A stretch of DNA of 64,000 bases, taken from positions 230,704,001-230,768,000 of the forward strand of contig NC_058368.1 of NCBI RefSeq assembly GCF_018350175.1, written 5' to 3'. Positions 25,605 to 38,465 of the stretch are shown in pieces (position 1 is the stretch's first letter; every line of letters starts with the position of its first letter). The notes under the pieces are model-generated. The model was not told the DNA's origin. It saw nothing but the letters and a program-made list of their open reading frames with translations, and made no database searches. This DNA is from Felis catus (taxonomy: Eukaryota). A program made the position numbers and the translations under genes.

Positions 25605-27300
25605 TGGGTGGGCAAGACAAATTAATGAGTTTTGGGGAGGAAAAACCAACCATGTGCAAAGGGAAGGGAAAACAACACCAAGAAGAGAAACACCAAGCTT
25701 GGCCATTGTCCCAACTACCGACACTCTTCCTCTTTGTTTCAATGAAGTATCATCAGAGAGAGGCTTACCAACTTTCAGATTCCTGGCACTGTAAACTGAT
25801 TAATCCAAGAGCTTCAGATTGCTCATTCTTATAATTTTTTCTTTCTAATTACCAGTGTCTTGTCTTCAGTTTGAATTTTCTTCTTTTGTTATTACCTGAG
25901 CTGAATATGCGATCCATTTAAAATGTTCCTTTGTAAGCTTAAGAGTCAGTCATTGTGAGGGTGTGGGGGCTCTGAATAAGGTAGGTATTTCAAGAGTTTC
26001 TAAAGAATAAGCCTTGACATTTGACTAACAGATTGTAGTTTGTAAAGTGCTTTTCTTACCCAGTATGTTCTTTGATTTTCACCAAAACTTTATGAAACAG
26101 ACGAGGGAGCCACTGGAGAAAATGAGGCCCAGGGAGGTTTGTCCAGGGTCATGTGGCTGCTTGATATTACCTGTTCTGGTGCCCTTTCTGCTATGCCCGT
26201 CTCCCACATAATAAGGCAAAATTGTCTGGATATTTCTCAGCTGCTGTTTATTAACATCCAGCTGACGGCCCAGGATCAGAGACAAAGTAAGCCTATAAAT
26301 TACTACATCAGAGATCTTTATTTTGCTTTCTCTGAACCTAAAAGAACTTTTCATTTTTTGGTAATGGATAAGAATTTTTAATTAAGGTAAGAAATTAATT
26401 TAAACTTGTATCGAATTTAAAAACACACAAACATGGTTAGAGTCAGTCATCTGTAAAAGAACACATTTCATCAGCGTTTCATCTACAGCCTTCTAAAAGT
26501 CATTGTTCTCACAAAAATTCAGGGCGCTCGCTCCACATGTTTTGCCAGCAAGACTTCTATCCATTCCCGTTGCCCCTGGTAGAATGCACAGAATCTGCTG
26601 TACTAAACGTGCTCTAAGTTTGTTCAGAAAGAGCAAAGTTTCCTCTAGAAATTTAAAATTTAGGAGAGAGAGAGAAACTCTACTGTGCTTCCTGTTCAGC
26701 TCATCGGCTACCTTTCACCAGACCTGCCCAGGGACACAGACGTACAAAGCCTGCCCATCAACCCACGGGGGTGGGCAAATATTTTCGTGTCCAAGTCAGG
26801 ATCCAAAAGGACCACATCAGGATAAGACCACAGACTGTGCCTAAAAGGATGAGCTGTCATATAGATAAATATAAGTTCCAACTCTGCCAAAGAGCAATTG
26901 TTCAAATACAGGACAAGAAGACATGAATCCACAGGAGTAAATGGGGGGAAAAAAATTCAGGCTTTCAAGTCAATGGTGAAATCACAGTAAGAGACAACCC
27001 CCTGTGAGCCAATACAGCATTAGCCTGTCTAGACGGAAGTCATATGTCCTGAACAAGGAAAGCAAGCATTCTTTCCCAGTAAGAATTGTCCAAACTATAC
27101 TTGAGGACTGGGTTCACTTTTAGGTATCTCTCTTAGGAGCAGTATAGACAAGACAGGAGGCATTCTGGAAAAAAACCAAGCTAATGAGGCTATTCAGACT
27201 GTGCCTGGCATGTTGGAGATTAAATGAGTATTCATTGAATGACCAATGCATGAGGAGTAAACATGAGGAATTCTAGAAGGAACTGAGCCTGCTCCTTCTT

Positions 27301-27403
27301 TGTTTTTTTAATGTTTATTTATTTTTGACAGAGAGAGAAAGAGAGACAGAGCACAAGCAGAGGAGGGGCAGAGAGAGAGAGAGAGGGAAACACAGAATCC
27401 AAA
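27301..27403 (-). mobile_element. 5'-truncated CAN-SINE
   Basis: Only CT tract and tail present; TSD gagcctgctccttctt / gagcttgttcattctt. Confidence 0.85.
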
Positions 27404-27491
27404 GAGCTTGTTCATTCTTAATACAAGACTTGGGGAAACTCAATAAAGGAATGGTGCACTGGGTCCGCTAAGAAACTGCCACCAGCACAGG

Positions 27492-28253
27492 TGTAACATG
27501 CAAGGATCTTATTTGACCCACTTCAGGGTGTGTTTTTTTTCAATACCACCAAGCAGTTCACTCAATCCTGGCATTATCTACCTAAAGACAGAATCAGATC
27601 TCACAGCGTAAGGGTTCAGATCTACGAGACTGCCCCACTCCCCCACCTCAGACACCAATCACAAGTCTGTCTATAGTTTGGTTTCCACAACCTCTTCTTG
27701 GGTTCAAGTAATTTACTAGAGCGGCTCACACAACCCAGGAAACCTGTTTACATCCTAGATTATTGGCTTATTATGAAAGGATATAACTCAAGAACAGCCA
27801 AAATAGAAAAGATCCATAGCGCAAGGATGGATATGGGGAAGGGCAAAGAATTTCCATGCCCTCTCCAAGTGTGCGGCTCTCCTTGAATCTCTGTATGTTC
27901 ACAAACCCAGAAACTCCCCCAACTATCCTTTTTGGGTTTTCATGGAGACTTCATGACATAGACACGACTGATTAAATCACCAGCCGCTGGTGATTGAACT
28001 CAGTCTCCAACCCCTCTTCCCTCTCAGGTCTGGGATGGGACTGCAAGCTTCAACCTCTAATCACAAGTTTGGACCCCCTGGTAACCGGCCCCTATTGTTA
28101 GGTTTCCCCTTGAGCCTCCCCAAAGTCACCTCATTAACATAACAAAACACATTTTACTGCGGTCCTCACTAAGGAAATTCCAAACTTTATAGGAGCTCTT
28201 TTCAGGAAGGGGACTTGACCAAATACACATTTCTTATAAATCACAATATCATA
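27492..28253 (-). mobile_element. MER21-like solo LTR
   Basis: taatttactagagcggctcacacaacccagg, aaaggatataactcaagaacagcc, terminal ataaatcacaatatcata. Confidence 0.8.
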
Positions 28254-29069
28254 CCAACATTGGGAAAAGATCCTTCTACAGCCTTTCCTTTCTCCTCAGT
28301 TTTCCCCTGTGTAGCAGACATCACCTGGATGTCTCCAAGGTCAGAGCAGCACTTTTTGAATGCTGCTCCCATTATATCCTCATAGCAGAAGCAGAGCGAA
28401 TTTATAACCCCTGGTAGTCTGAGTTTGGAACACAAAAAGTCCCAAGTCTAAAATAAAATTTTTTGTAGTCTAGTATTTTATGTTAACATTTCATGCTCCT
28501 AAGATATTTGTGACTGTAATAGAATAACAATGTTTTTTTCCCAAACTTTGATCAAAATGAACTCCCCAGAAATGTGTCAGATTTATCTGTAACTTCATAT
28601 GTCTCTGCACAATGCTAAAGGTTGTGAAAAGCATGGAAATTGGGAAATTCATTTCTCTCTCCTTTTTTTCCCCTCCAGTCCCAATTTCTCTATGACAGTT
28701 TTTCCTATTTTATGACTTCAGCTCATCATTGTTTCTTCTCTTTCCAACTCACTTCTGAGCCTCTGCCCCATCCTCCTCATTACTGTCTCTGAACTGTATG
28801 TATTCTAAATACTCCTCAACACCGTGATTCTTCGTGAGTCCCATTACTCTACTTCTTCTAGGCAATAGAATTTTCTTTTTGGATTCACCCCGTGTACCAG
28901 TATCAGAACAATTATGCTAACACTTGTATTTATTAACCTTGTTTAACAATCAACAGTGACTCCTGGTAACTATTGCATAAAGCCAAAGATTTCTGGCCGG
29001 ATCCCTTCACTTCATGTCCAAGATTCCCTTTCAAAATTTACTTTTCTTTACGATGAAATATTCAGATTG

Positions 29070-29500
29070 GTCATCACCATGAACACACATGTGTGCTAGG
29101 GACTACGTGTTATGCACGATACAAAGATGAACAAGACGGAGCTTACAACAGAATAAGTGCCATGAAACGTGCGCACAGATCACTCTCATTTAAGGTAAAA
29201 ACAGTCCTTGCTTTAAGGGAGGGACAAACTACAGACCGAAGGGACTCCAAGAGGGAGATCTTATTTCTGGCTCTGAGGATAGTAGTGAGCTCTTGAGGGG
29301 TATCAAATTTTGAATACGCTTTGAAGGGTGACTAAGACGTAGGAAGACAAAGATTTGGAAACAGGGCCAGTGTGACCAATAACATTACAGTATAAAGACA
29401 TATATGCAGAGTAGTGAATTCTACAGTTCTGCTGGGCTAAGTAGAGGACATGAAACACAGTGGTGAGGAACAACTTTAAGGAAGCAGGTTTGGGCCAAAT
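29070..29500 (-). mobile_element. L2 fragment
   Basis: tgtgctaggg...gatacaaagatgaacaagac antisense L2 motif. Confidence 0.5.
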
Positions 29501-29666
29501 CCCAAAGACCCCCACACTTATCTTCCCATGGAAGGAGACTAGCCCAATGGCCCTTTCTCCTTGCCAGCAGGGAGGCTTTGTCCAGACCATGCCTGGGATG
29601 CCCTCTCCCTCTGCCCGGTCTATTGTTAGAATCTAAACACGTTTGCCAAGTCACTTTGTTCCATGG

Positions 29667-30041
29667 AGTCTTTGCATTCAGGAATGGTCTATGGAATGCC
29701 ATAGACCAAGTGACTTAAGGCAACAAACATTAATTTCTCATCATTCTGGAGGTTGTAGGTCTAAGGCCAGAGCATCACGTCTGAGATCAAGGTCAGGTTC
29801 TTAGTGAAGATATTCTTCCTGGTTCAAAAATGGCTGCCTTCTCATTCTGTCCTCACATGGTGGAAAGAGAAACCTGTGATCCCTTCTTTTCCTCATAAGG
29901 GCACTAATCCCATCATGGCAGCTCTACCCTCATGGAAACATAATTACCTCCCAAAGGTGTCATCTCCAAATACCATCACACTGGCGGTTAGGTTTTCAAC
30001 ATATGATTTTTTTTTAAGGAGACACAATTCAGTCCACAGGA
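29667..30041 (-). mobile_element. MaLR MLT1A-like solo LTR
   Basis: cataagggcactaatcccatcatg, taattacctcccaaagg, ctccaaataccatcacact. Confidence 0.85.
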
Positions 30042-30455
30042 AATACCTCTGATGTGGTCAAGTGAAAAGAGTAAATCAGTGAATACCATGTTTAGTATGA
30101 TGCGGTAAAACATAAATAATAATATAAAAAGAATAAAAATAAAAAGAATATACAAACATATGTGTTTGTATGAGCAAAGAAAAGAGTATGGGAGAAAATG
30201 TATCTAATTATTAATTATTACATCAGGGGTAGAGTTAGGAGGAGGGTTGGGGGCATTTTTAGTTTGACTTTAGACTCCTCTGCAGTATTTGAATTTTTAC
30301 TAGGAGTCTGATTTACTTTTGAAGTTCCAGTAACTAAGAAAAAAACAAAAAAACCGTAAACCTGTCATTCACAACACTTATGCTGCTCATGTCTGAATAG
30401 TATACAAGTCCAATACACACTACACTGGAGATGTGGCTTCTCAAGAACGTACTTC

Positions 30456-30676
30456 TTTTTTTTTTTAATTTTTTTAATGTTTATTTATTTTGAAGGAGAG
30501 AGAGACAGAGTGTGAGCAGGGGAGAGGCAGAGAGAGAGGGAGACACAGAATCTGAAGCAGGTCCCAGGCTCTGAGCTGTCAGCACAGAGCCTGACGCAGG
30601 GCTTGAACTATGAACCGCGAGATCGTGACCTGAGCTGAACTCCAATGTTTAACTGACTGAGCCACCCAGGCGCCCC
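30456..30676 (-). mobile_element. CAN-SINE
   Basis: Antisense SINE; TSD aagaacgtacttc / aagaatgtacttc. Confidence 0.96.
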
Positions 30677-31499
30677 TGAAGAATGTACTTCCTAAAGACC
30701 AGTGGCTGAATAATGTCTATACTCCAAGTGCTATGATGGGGGGCCAGGGAAGCCTCACCTTCATGTCTTGATGAGAAGGTCATCATGATTCCAGTCCTGA
30801 GGGACACACACCCTGCCCATGACGGAATTAGCAAGCAGACCACAGAGCCCGGAGATACGGCTGCACATCTCAAAGAGAAGTATCCTCTAAAAGTTGAAAG
30901 AGAGCCAGTGGTGAGGGCTGTCAAAGTAATTACAACCTTCCAATAAGAGGAACTTAGGTAATTGCAGTGGGTGAACCATTCTATTTAGATTCACAACTGA
31001 CTCATGATTGGAAATGGTTGGCCACATAATTACAAAGTTTGGGTTCCTGAATGATTAATTAGATGCAGTGGCTTCATTTTATGTAAGTCCCACTTAAAGC
31101 CACATTGCCTGAAATAGAGCCCCTTTGAAATGAATCACATTGTACACTAGAGACTGGAAAAATAGATTACGTTGAAAATGAATCCAAAAAATCCGTCTTT
31201 TTTCTTGTGACTGAACTTGCCAAACTTTTAAAACTTGTATTCAGATGGGGCTTTTGAAGTGTTCTTGGTCTAAACTCAAAATATAGGTTACAAATCATGT
31301 TATTAAAAAAAATCTTTTAATTAATTGAATTCTTTTCAAGAATGAAGAAAGGATTCTAACATTTTACAGATCGTCAAAACTAGAAAGGACCTTCAGAGGA
31401 TGTCTGTAGAATCCCCTTGTCCCAATGACAACTTGACCTTCCCAGTTCTTCCCAGAGACACAGCTAGCTAACATTGTCCTTCTTCTTCCTACTTCTTTC

Positions 31500-32110
31500 T
31501 TTAGATTTGTAACTGTGGTGGAATACAGACAACATAAAATTTGCCATCTTAACCATTTTTAAGTATACAAACCGGTAGTATTAATTATATTCACATTGTT
31601 GTGCAACCAACGTCCAGAACTTTTTCATCCTGGCTAAGCTGAAAGTTTATACCTGTTAAACAACTGTTCCCCATTTACCCCCTTCACCGCAAACCCTGGC
31701 AAACACCACTCTACTTTGTTTCTACAAGTTTGCTGCAGGTACGTCATGATTGGAATCATACAATATTTGTCATCTTGTGACTGGCTGGTTGCACTTAGCA
31801 TAATGTCCCCAAGGCTCGTCCATGTTGTAAGAGGAGTCAGAATTTTCTCGCTTTTTAAAGCTGAATAATATTCCATTGTAGGTACAGACCACATTTTATT
31901 TATCCATTCATCCATTGATGGACACTTGGTTTTCTCCCATTTTCTGGCCATTGTGAATAATAATGCTACTCTGAACATGGGTTTACAAATATCTCTTTGA
32001 GACCCTGCTTCCCAATCTTTTAGATACATACCCAGAAGTGGAATTGCTCGATCATATGGGAATTCTATTTTTCATTTTTTGGAGGAACTGCCATACTGTT
32101 TTCCATACCT
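31500..32110 (-). mobile_element. L1 (L1MA/MB-like) 3' fragment with decayed ORF2 C-terminus
   Basis: ORF 31634-32029 translates ...ARKWEKTKCPSMDEWINKMW...MEYYSALK...IMLS, the L1 ORF2 C-terminal motif. Confidence 0.9.
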
Positions 32111-32210
32111 TCTTCTTTCTTTTTAATAAAAATAGGTTTGTTTGGGTTTTGCTCTGGCAATGAAAGTTGTATATGCTCACGGAAAAAAGCTGTCAAAAGT
32201 GGAAAGTGGA

Positions 32211-32384
32211 GGGCTCAGTTGGTTAAGCATCCAACTCTCGATTTTGGCTCAGGTCATGATCTCACGGTTTGTGGGATCGAGCCCTGCGTCGGTTCTGTGC
32301 TGACAGTGTGGAGCCTGCTTAGGATTCTCTCTGTTGCTCCTTCTGCCCTTCCCACCCCTCTCAAAATAAATAAACATTTTTTTT
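32211..32384 (+). mobile_element. CAN-SINE (slightly 5'-truncated)
   Basis: ggctcagttggttaagcatccaactctcg body; TSD aagtggag. Confidence 0.9.
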
Positions 32385-32394
32385 AAGTGGAGAG

Positions 32395-32429
32395 TGACCA
32401 GAAATATGACCAGTAATATGACCAGTAAT
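32395..32429. repeat. 12-bp tandem repeat (tgaccagwaata) x3
   Basis: Read directly. Confidence 0.85.
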
Positions 32430-32899
32430 GCTACCCAGCAAAAACTAATGTTAACGCAGTACATTGCCTTCCAGATTTTATCATTTTTTCCTGGTTTATT
32501 CTTATTCTTCTTATATTCTTATCCTGGTATATTCTTATTCTTCATAACAAAATATTTAAAACCAAAGTAAATGCCGTAACTAACAATAACCACAAAAATC
32601 AGCAAATGAAATGATCACTTATGAAATTGGTATTCGCTGAGCTTCCCTCCCTGATAACACTACCTGTCAACTGAGAATCTTTGCTGGGCAGTCTCTCTCA
32701 CTGGTTATGGGATACTCGAATAAAACACAAGTTGATTCTAAAGTAGAACTAGAAATATGCCACAGATGCCAAATTTCATTATGTCAATGCACTAATTTAA
32801 ATGACCTGAACTGTGACTGGGCGGTGATGCTTTTCAAAGTCCCCCTGCACTTCTGTGCAGTCAGGCTTGAGAAACACAGTAGATGGACTGTCCGTGCTC

Positions 32900-33830
32900 C
32901 CAGCTAAGGCCAGCCCGTGCTGGACCCTGATTCCAGTCCTTCCTTCTGCTCCAGGATGTGGCTGCAGCTGTGTTCTCTCCCAACATCAGCAATTTTCTTC
33001 CTTTTACCGGATCATTCCCGTCAGCATGACTCAAACATGCTGCTATTTCTCCCATCTCCCCCCGCCCCCGACGCACACACAACACCCCCAATACACACAC
33101 ACACAACACCCTTTCCTTGTCTTATCACTCTCATCTCCAGATTCTGTCTTATTTCTTTGCTCCTCTTTATAGGAAAATACTTTAAAGGGATTGTTTGCTC
33201 TAATTTCCACTTCCTCTCTTACTGCAATAAATTCCTTCACCACCTGTCCAGGGAAGCTGGCCTCATCCAGTGACTTCCAAGCTGCCAATACAATGATCTT
33301 TCTCAGTCCTTAATTTACTTGATCTCCGGGCACTACATTCTCTCTTCCTCCTGAGACACTTCCCCCCAGTTGGCATCCAGGTGACCATTCTTTTTTGGTT
33401 GTCCTCCCTCACAGACCCTTTCTTCTCAGTTTATTATATGCGTTCCTCCACGAGTCCCCAGCCCTGGCCCAACCATGAGGTGCCATTGTTGCTCCTGAGA
33501 CATGTCGGCATCAGTGCTGGCCCCTGGTCTTTGCACTAGCATTTCCCTCTGCCCAGACTTCCCTCCCTTTTGGCCCCCTCCCCACTTTCTATAGGCCTTG
33601 TCTCAACTCCCCCTGATCAGAGTCCTTCCCTTTCCACTCCCCAGGGACTCCTCACCTCAATCAATTCTCCTTCTAGCACTTACCTTCTTATTTGCTGATT
33701 TGCTCCTATCTGTCATCCCCTCCAGAAAGTGAGGTATAGGTAAGCCTTTGTTTTCTTCACTGTTTGCTATATCCTCTGTGTTTCCAAAGTGCCTACACTT
33801 AATGAACACCTAATAGTTGCTGTCCTATAC
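32900..33830 (+). mobile_element. L2 fragments
   Basis: Pyrimidine-rich with ttctcagtccttaatttacttgatctc and ctttgcactagcatttccctctgcc motifs. Confidence 0.6.
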
Positions 33831-33989
33831 GCTTTGCAGGCAAAGTTTTGCCAGTGCAGTCCAGTATTCTTTGTTTTAACAATTACTGCTTAGTTACCCT
33901 TACGTTTTAAATTTTTTAAAGAATAAACTATAAAATTTGTCAACAGTTTTAGGTTTAATTGTTAAGATAGTCATAAAATACCTTTCTTT

Positions 33990-34174
33990 TTTCATTTCAA
34001 TCCAAGTTAGTTAACATATAGCACAATAATGATTTCAGGAATAGAATTTAGTGATTCATCACTTACATACAACACGTGGTGTTCATCCCAACAAATGCCC
34101 TCCTTAATGCCCATCACCCCTTTAGCTCATCCCCTCCCCCCATACCCCACCAGCAACCCTCAGTTTGTTCTCTG
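33990..34174 (-). mobile_element. 5'-truncated carnivore L1 3' end
   Basis: Exact 16-bp TSD taaaatacctttcttt (33974-33989 and 34175-34190); L1 3'UTR motifs. Confidence 0.92.
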
Positions 34175-34439
34175 TAAAATACCTTTCTTTATTCTCATTT
34201 TTTTACTCCAAAATTTTTTACCCATTTAAATAGATTTACATCAAATGGCTACTCTCTAATATTCATTACCCTGATGTAACAAGACTTTATATATTTCAGA
34301 AATGTATTCATACTACAAATGCTATTTATAAATTGCATCTTCACCTAATAGTATATCTTAGACATCTTCCTGTGTCAGTAAACAGAATTTTGCATCATCA
34401 TTTAGTGCCTGAAAGGCTGCACAATATGAATCGACCTTA

Positions 34440-34670
34440 ATAGTAATGACAATGACAGTAGCAAACATTTATAGAGCACTTATACTACACCACATATTTT
34501 GTTAAGCACTCAACATGCATTGCTTCATTTAATCCTCAGACGGTAAGGTGTGATTAATCACATCTGTTGTGCCCATGAGGAGACCAAGGTTTAGAAAGTT
34601 ATGGTGCCGGGATTCAAACCCAGGCCCGTGGACTCCCGGTGTGCATTCTCACATACCCCACTCTGCTGCC
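34440..34670 (-). mobile_element. MIR SINE
   Basis: aacatttatagagcacttatacta, cttcatttaatcctca, gggattcaaacccagg. Confidence 0.8.
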
Positions 34671-35071
34671 CACACATTTACTCCTGTCTTGGTTTCCCTA
34701 GTGATGGATTTCTAGAAATAGAATTTCTGTGTCAAAGGCTATACACATTTTGACTTTTGAAACATATATAAATTTTCCTCAAAAAACCTGTTGTGAGTTT
34801 ATATTGCAGATTTCCCATAACTTACCCATCTTTGGGTATCTCATTATTGCTTTAATATGTATTTTTTATTCTTGAAATTGCTATGGTTCTTGTTTTGCAC
34901 ATCGCTTGTTTGGGAACTTGCCTTTTTTTTTGGCTTGTTTTTCTGTTGTGGTATATATTTTTCTTTTATCCATAGAAATTCTTTATGTTTAGACTGTTAA
35001 TCTCTTATTAATATTTTTCCTGGTTGGTTTTCTTTATATGCATAAGTTTTATCATTGAACTAAAGATTCTT

Positions 35072-35299
35072 TTTTTTTTTTTTAATTTTTTTTTCAATGT
35101 TTATTTATTTTTGGGACAGAGAGAGACAGAGCATGAACGGGGGAGGGGCAGAGAGAGAGGGGGAGACACAGAATCGGAAACAGGCTCCAGGCTCTGAGCC
35201 ATCAGCCCAGAGCCCGACGCGGGGCTCAAACTCACGGACCCCGAGATCGTGACCTGGCTGAAGTCGGACGCTTAACCGACTGCGCCACCCAGGCGCCCC
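35072..35299 (-). mobile_element. Young felid CAN-SINE
   Basis: Near-consensus; exact 16-bp TSD tgaactaaagattctt (35056-35071 and 35300-35315). Confidence 0.97.
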
Positions 35300-35760
35300 T
35301 GAACTAAAGATTCTTATCTTCTTGTTCTTAAGTCTTCTCCTTATTGGTTTCCAGTTTTGAACCCCTGAAGTTTTTTCCAATCATTTTAGTTTTATTGTTT
35401 GCATTAAAATACTCACTTCTTCTGAATTATGTGTGCGTGTGTGTGTGTGTGCATGTGTAAAAATTGTGAGGTAGGGATCCAAATTTGTTTATTTCTAAAT
35501 TGTTAGCCAACACTCTCAATTAACATTTATAAAGTATATATTTTTTCCAGTTATTTGAGATGCCATTTTTCATATATACTTGAGTCTTTTTCTAGAGTTA
35601 GCATTTCACTGATCAATCTTTTTTTTGCATCAGTAATGTAGTAATTTTGCATCTTTTAAATGTGTAGTAAAATAATTTAAAATCTTGTAGAACTAGCTTT
35701 ACCCCTTCTCACACTTCTTTCCTTTAAAAAACTTATGGCTACTTTCTCATGTGCGTTCTT

Positions 35761-36362
35761 TTTGTTGTTGTTGTTGTTGTTGTTAATTTGATTAAGTTTT
35801 TTATTTTAATTCCAGTTTGGTAAACATACAGCGTTACATTAGTTTCAGGCGTACAATACAGTGATTCCACAGTTCCATACTTTACTCAGTGCTCATCATG
35901 ATCGGTGTGCTCTTAATATCCCTCACCTATTTCACCCATCCTCCCACCCACCTCCCCTCTGGTAACCATCAGTTTGTTCTCTAGAGTTAAGAATGTATTT
36001 CTTGATTTGTCTCTCTTTTTTGTTTTCCTTCGTTCATCTGTTTTGTTTCTTAAATTCCACATGTGAGTGAAATCATATGGTATTTGTCTTGCTCTGACTG
36101 ATTTATTTTGCTTAGTGTAATACTCTCTAGCTCCATCCATGTTATTGCAAATGGCAAGATTTCATCCTTCATGGCTGGATAACATTCCATTGTATATATA
36201 TATACCACAACTTCTTTATCCATTCATCTATCGATGGACACTTGGGCTGCTTCCATAATTTGGCTATTGTAGATAATGCTGCAATACCCAGTAGTGTGAT
36301 TGTTGGATTGTAGGGCAGTTCTATTTTTAACTTGTTGAGGAATCTCTGTACTGTGTTCCACT
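35761..36362 (-). mobile_element. Carnivore L1 3' fragment
   Basis: ttccacatgtgagtgaaatcatatggtatttgtct, ccattcatctatcgatggacacttgggctgcttcc. Confidence 0.92.
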
Positions 36363-36537
36363 GTATATATTCTTTTAAAAAACTTAGGGGGAAATGACTT
36401 TAAGTTTTGAATTTATAGAATAATTTAGATTAAAAGTTTATCTTTCCAACTTAGGATCTTTGTAGCTAAGGAAAATATATCTCTCACTATTTACTCAAGT
36501 CTTTGTTTACATTCTTTTTAAAAGTGGCTCCATTTTT

Positions 36538-36746
36538 GGGGCGCCTGGGTGGCTCAGTTGGTTAAGCATCCAACTTCCTCTCAGGTCATGATCTAGCAGT
36601 CTGCGAGTTTAAACCCTTCATGGGGCTCTGTGCTGACAGCTCAGAGCCTGGAGCTTGCCTTGGATTCTGTATCTCCCTCTCTCTGCCCCTCCTCCACTCT
36701 CACTCAGTCTCTGTCTCTCTCTCTCTCAAAAATAAATAATAAAACA

Positions 36747-36785
<39 letters not shown>

Positions 36786-36786
36786 A
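36538..36786 (+). mobile_element. CAN-SINE with (TAAA)n tail
   Basis: Full SINE; imperfect TSD aaaagtggctccat / aaaagtggttcat. Confidence 0.95.
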
Positions 36787-37463
36787 AAGTGGTTCATACA
36801 AATCCTGCATGACTCTGGTTGATTTTATTCCCAAGAGTTTTATCGCTATTGTTGTAAATGAGACTTTTTATTTCCATTACATTTTCTACTTATTTCTTGC
36901 TGATATAGTAAACAACATGATTGATAAAAAAAGTGTTTGGGTGAGGATGTGAAACAATGAGAAGTTGTATATGCTGCGTTCAAACATGAACTCAGCACAA
37001 TTGGTCTCTGCCTGGAAAAAGTGAAGAGGGGGATTCTTTCCAATTCTTGGTGCCTACTCTAGATGCCTGGGGTCCCTGGGAGCACCCACATTTGTAAAAA
37101 GAGAACATGTACATGGGGGTTTAGGACAGCAGATGGTGGGATATGTAGAGCTACATTCATTCCCTGGAGCAACACATAGCAACGAAATGCATGTGCTAAA
37201 AGCCCATGTACCCGCTCACGTGAACCCCGTAAATCTGATGCTGACCTGAACAAGCAGGCCAAAAAAGAACCTTCTCAACAGGATGCCACCTTCATGAGGC
37301 ACCAAACAAACAGTAATGGAATTGAGGAATACAGATCTATTTGACAAACACGTTTAAAGCTGCAGAAAAATAATACACATTAAATTCATAATGAAGATTC
37401 TGAGGCAAGGAGATGACCCGTGGAGAATACACAGGCAAACTGCATCAGCAATGTTGTATTTCT

Positions 37464-37663
37464 TTTTTTTTTTTTTACCAGTTTTATTTATGTATTTATT
37501 TGTTTATTTATTTATTTAATGTAATTTCTTGTCAAGTTGGCTAACATACAGTGTATACAGTGTGCTTTGGTTTTGGGGGTAGATTCCCGTGATTCTTCGC
37601 TTCCATACAACACTCAGTGCTCATCCCAATAAGTGCCCTCCTCAATGCCCATCACCCACTTTC
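37464..37663 (-). mobile_element. Short carnivore/felid L1 3' end
   Basis: ccatacaacactcagtgctcatcccaataagtgccctcctcaatgcccatcaccc; TSD tatttct. Confidence 0.88.
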
Positions 37664-38059
37664 CTATTTCTTAAGCCAGAGTGTGGGCACGCAGATGCTT
37701 TGTAGTTTTCTTATACCATTCTGTGTGTCTGAACTATTTTATACTAATTTATAAGACAAGATGCTATTGTTTCTGTATTCTCCTTTTTTTTTTTTTTTTT
37801 ACCAGACATCTTATTCAGTTTTCCTTTTGCCTCTAAGAGCTTTTTCACTGGATGTTGTTGGATTTTCCAGGTAGATAATCATATCATCTGAAAAAATAAC
37901 TGCCTTTGTCTTACCAGGATATGGAACTCTGATTAAATCTCTCCCTAATTTTACTAAATAGCACTCCAGCCCAACATTGGTGGTGACAAAAGTGGCCTAT
38001 TTTAGTGTTTCACCATCAAACGCGATGCTGGCTATTTTCCCGAGGCGGTTGTCAAATTT

Positions 38060-38465
38060 TTGTGATGTAGAGCTGTGACGTATCATGCATACACACGTGA
38101 CTGATGTGTGTGTATAATATCATGTGCACACATGTGGGTGGCACATGGGATATGGTGTGCACATGTGATTGCCACGTGTATAATATGATTGCACGTGGAT
38201 GTCATTGGCGTGCGTATGATGCGTGTGCTCACATATGTGATCGGTGTGTTTATAATATGATGTGCATATGCATGGGATTGATGTTTGTTTCGTGCTGTGC
38301 ACACATCTACGACATGTGTGATACGATATAAAAATACATGGGTTCACACTTGTGTTGTATAAGGTGCTCACACGTATGATGTGCTGTGTGCGTGAGTGTG
38401 GCTGACACGTTCAATATGCTAATCACATGCATGAGATTGGTGTGTGCATGTAACACGTGTGTATT
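38060..38465. repeat. Degenerate purine-pyrimidine (TG/CA/TA) simple repeat or cryptic minisatellite
   Basis: Alternating RY tracts with recurring tataatat and catgtg words. Confidence 0.8.

Noticed and set aside
31634..32029. 131-aa ORF with real protein homology
   Set aside because: Decayed L1 ORF2 C-terminus in a 5'-truncated element, not a host gene
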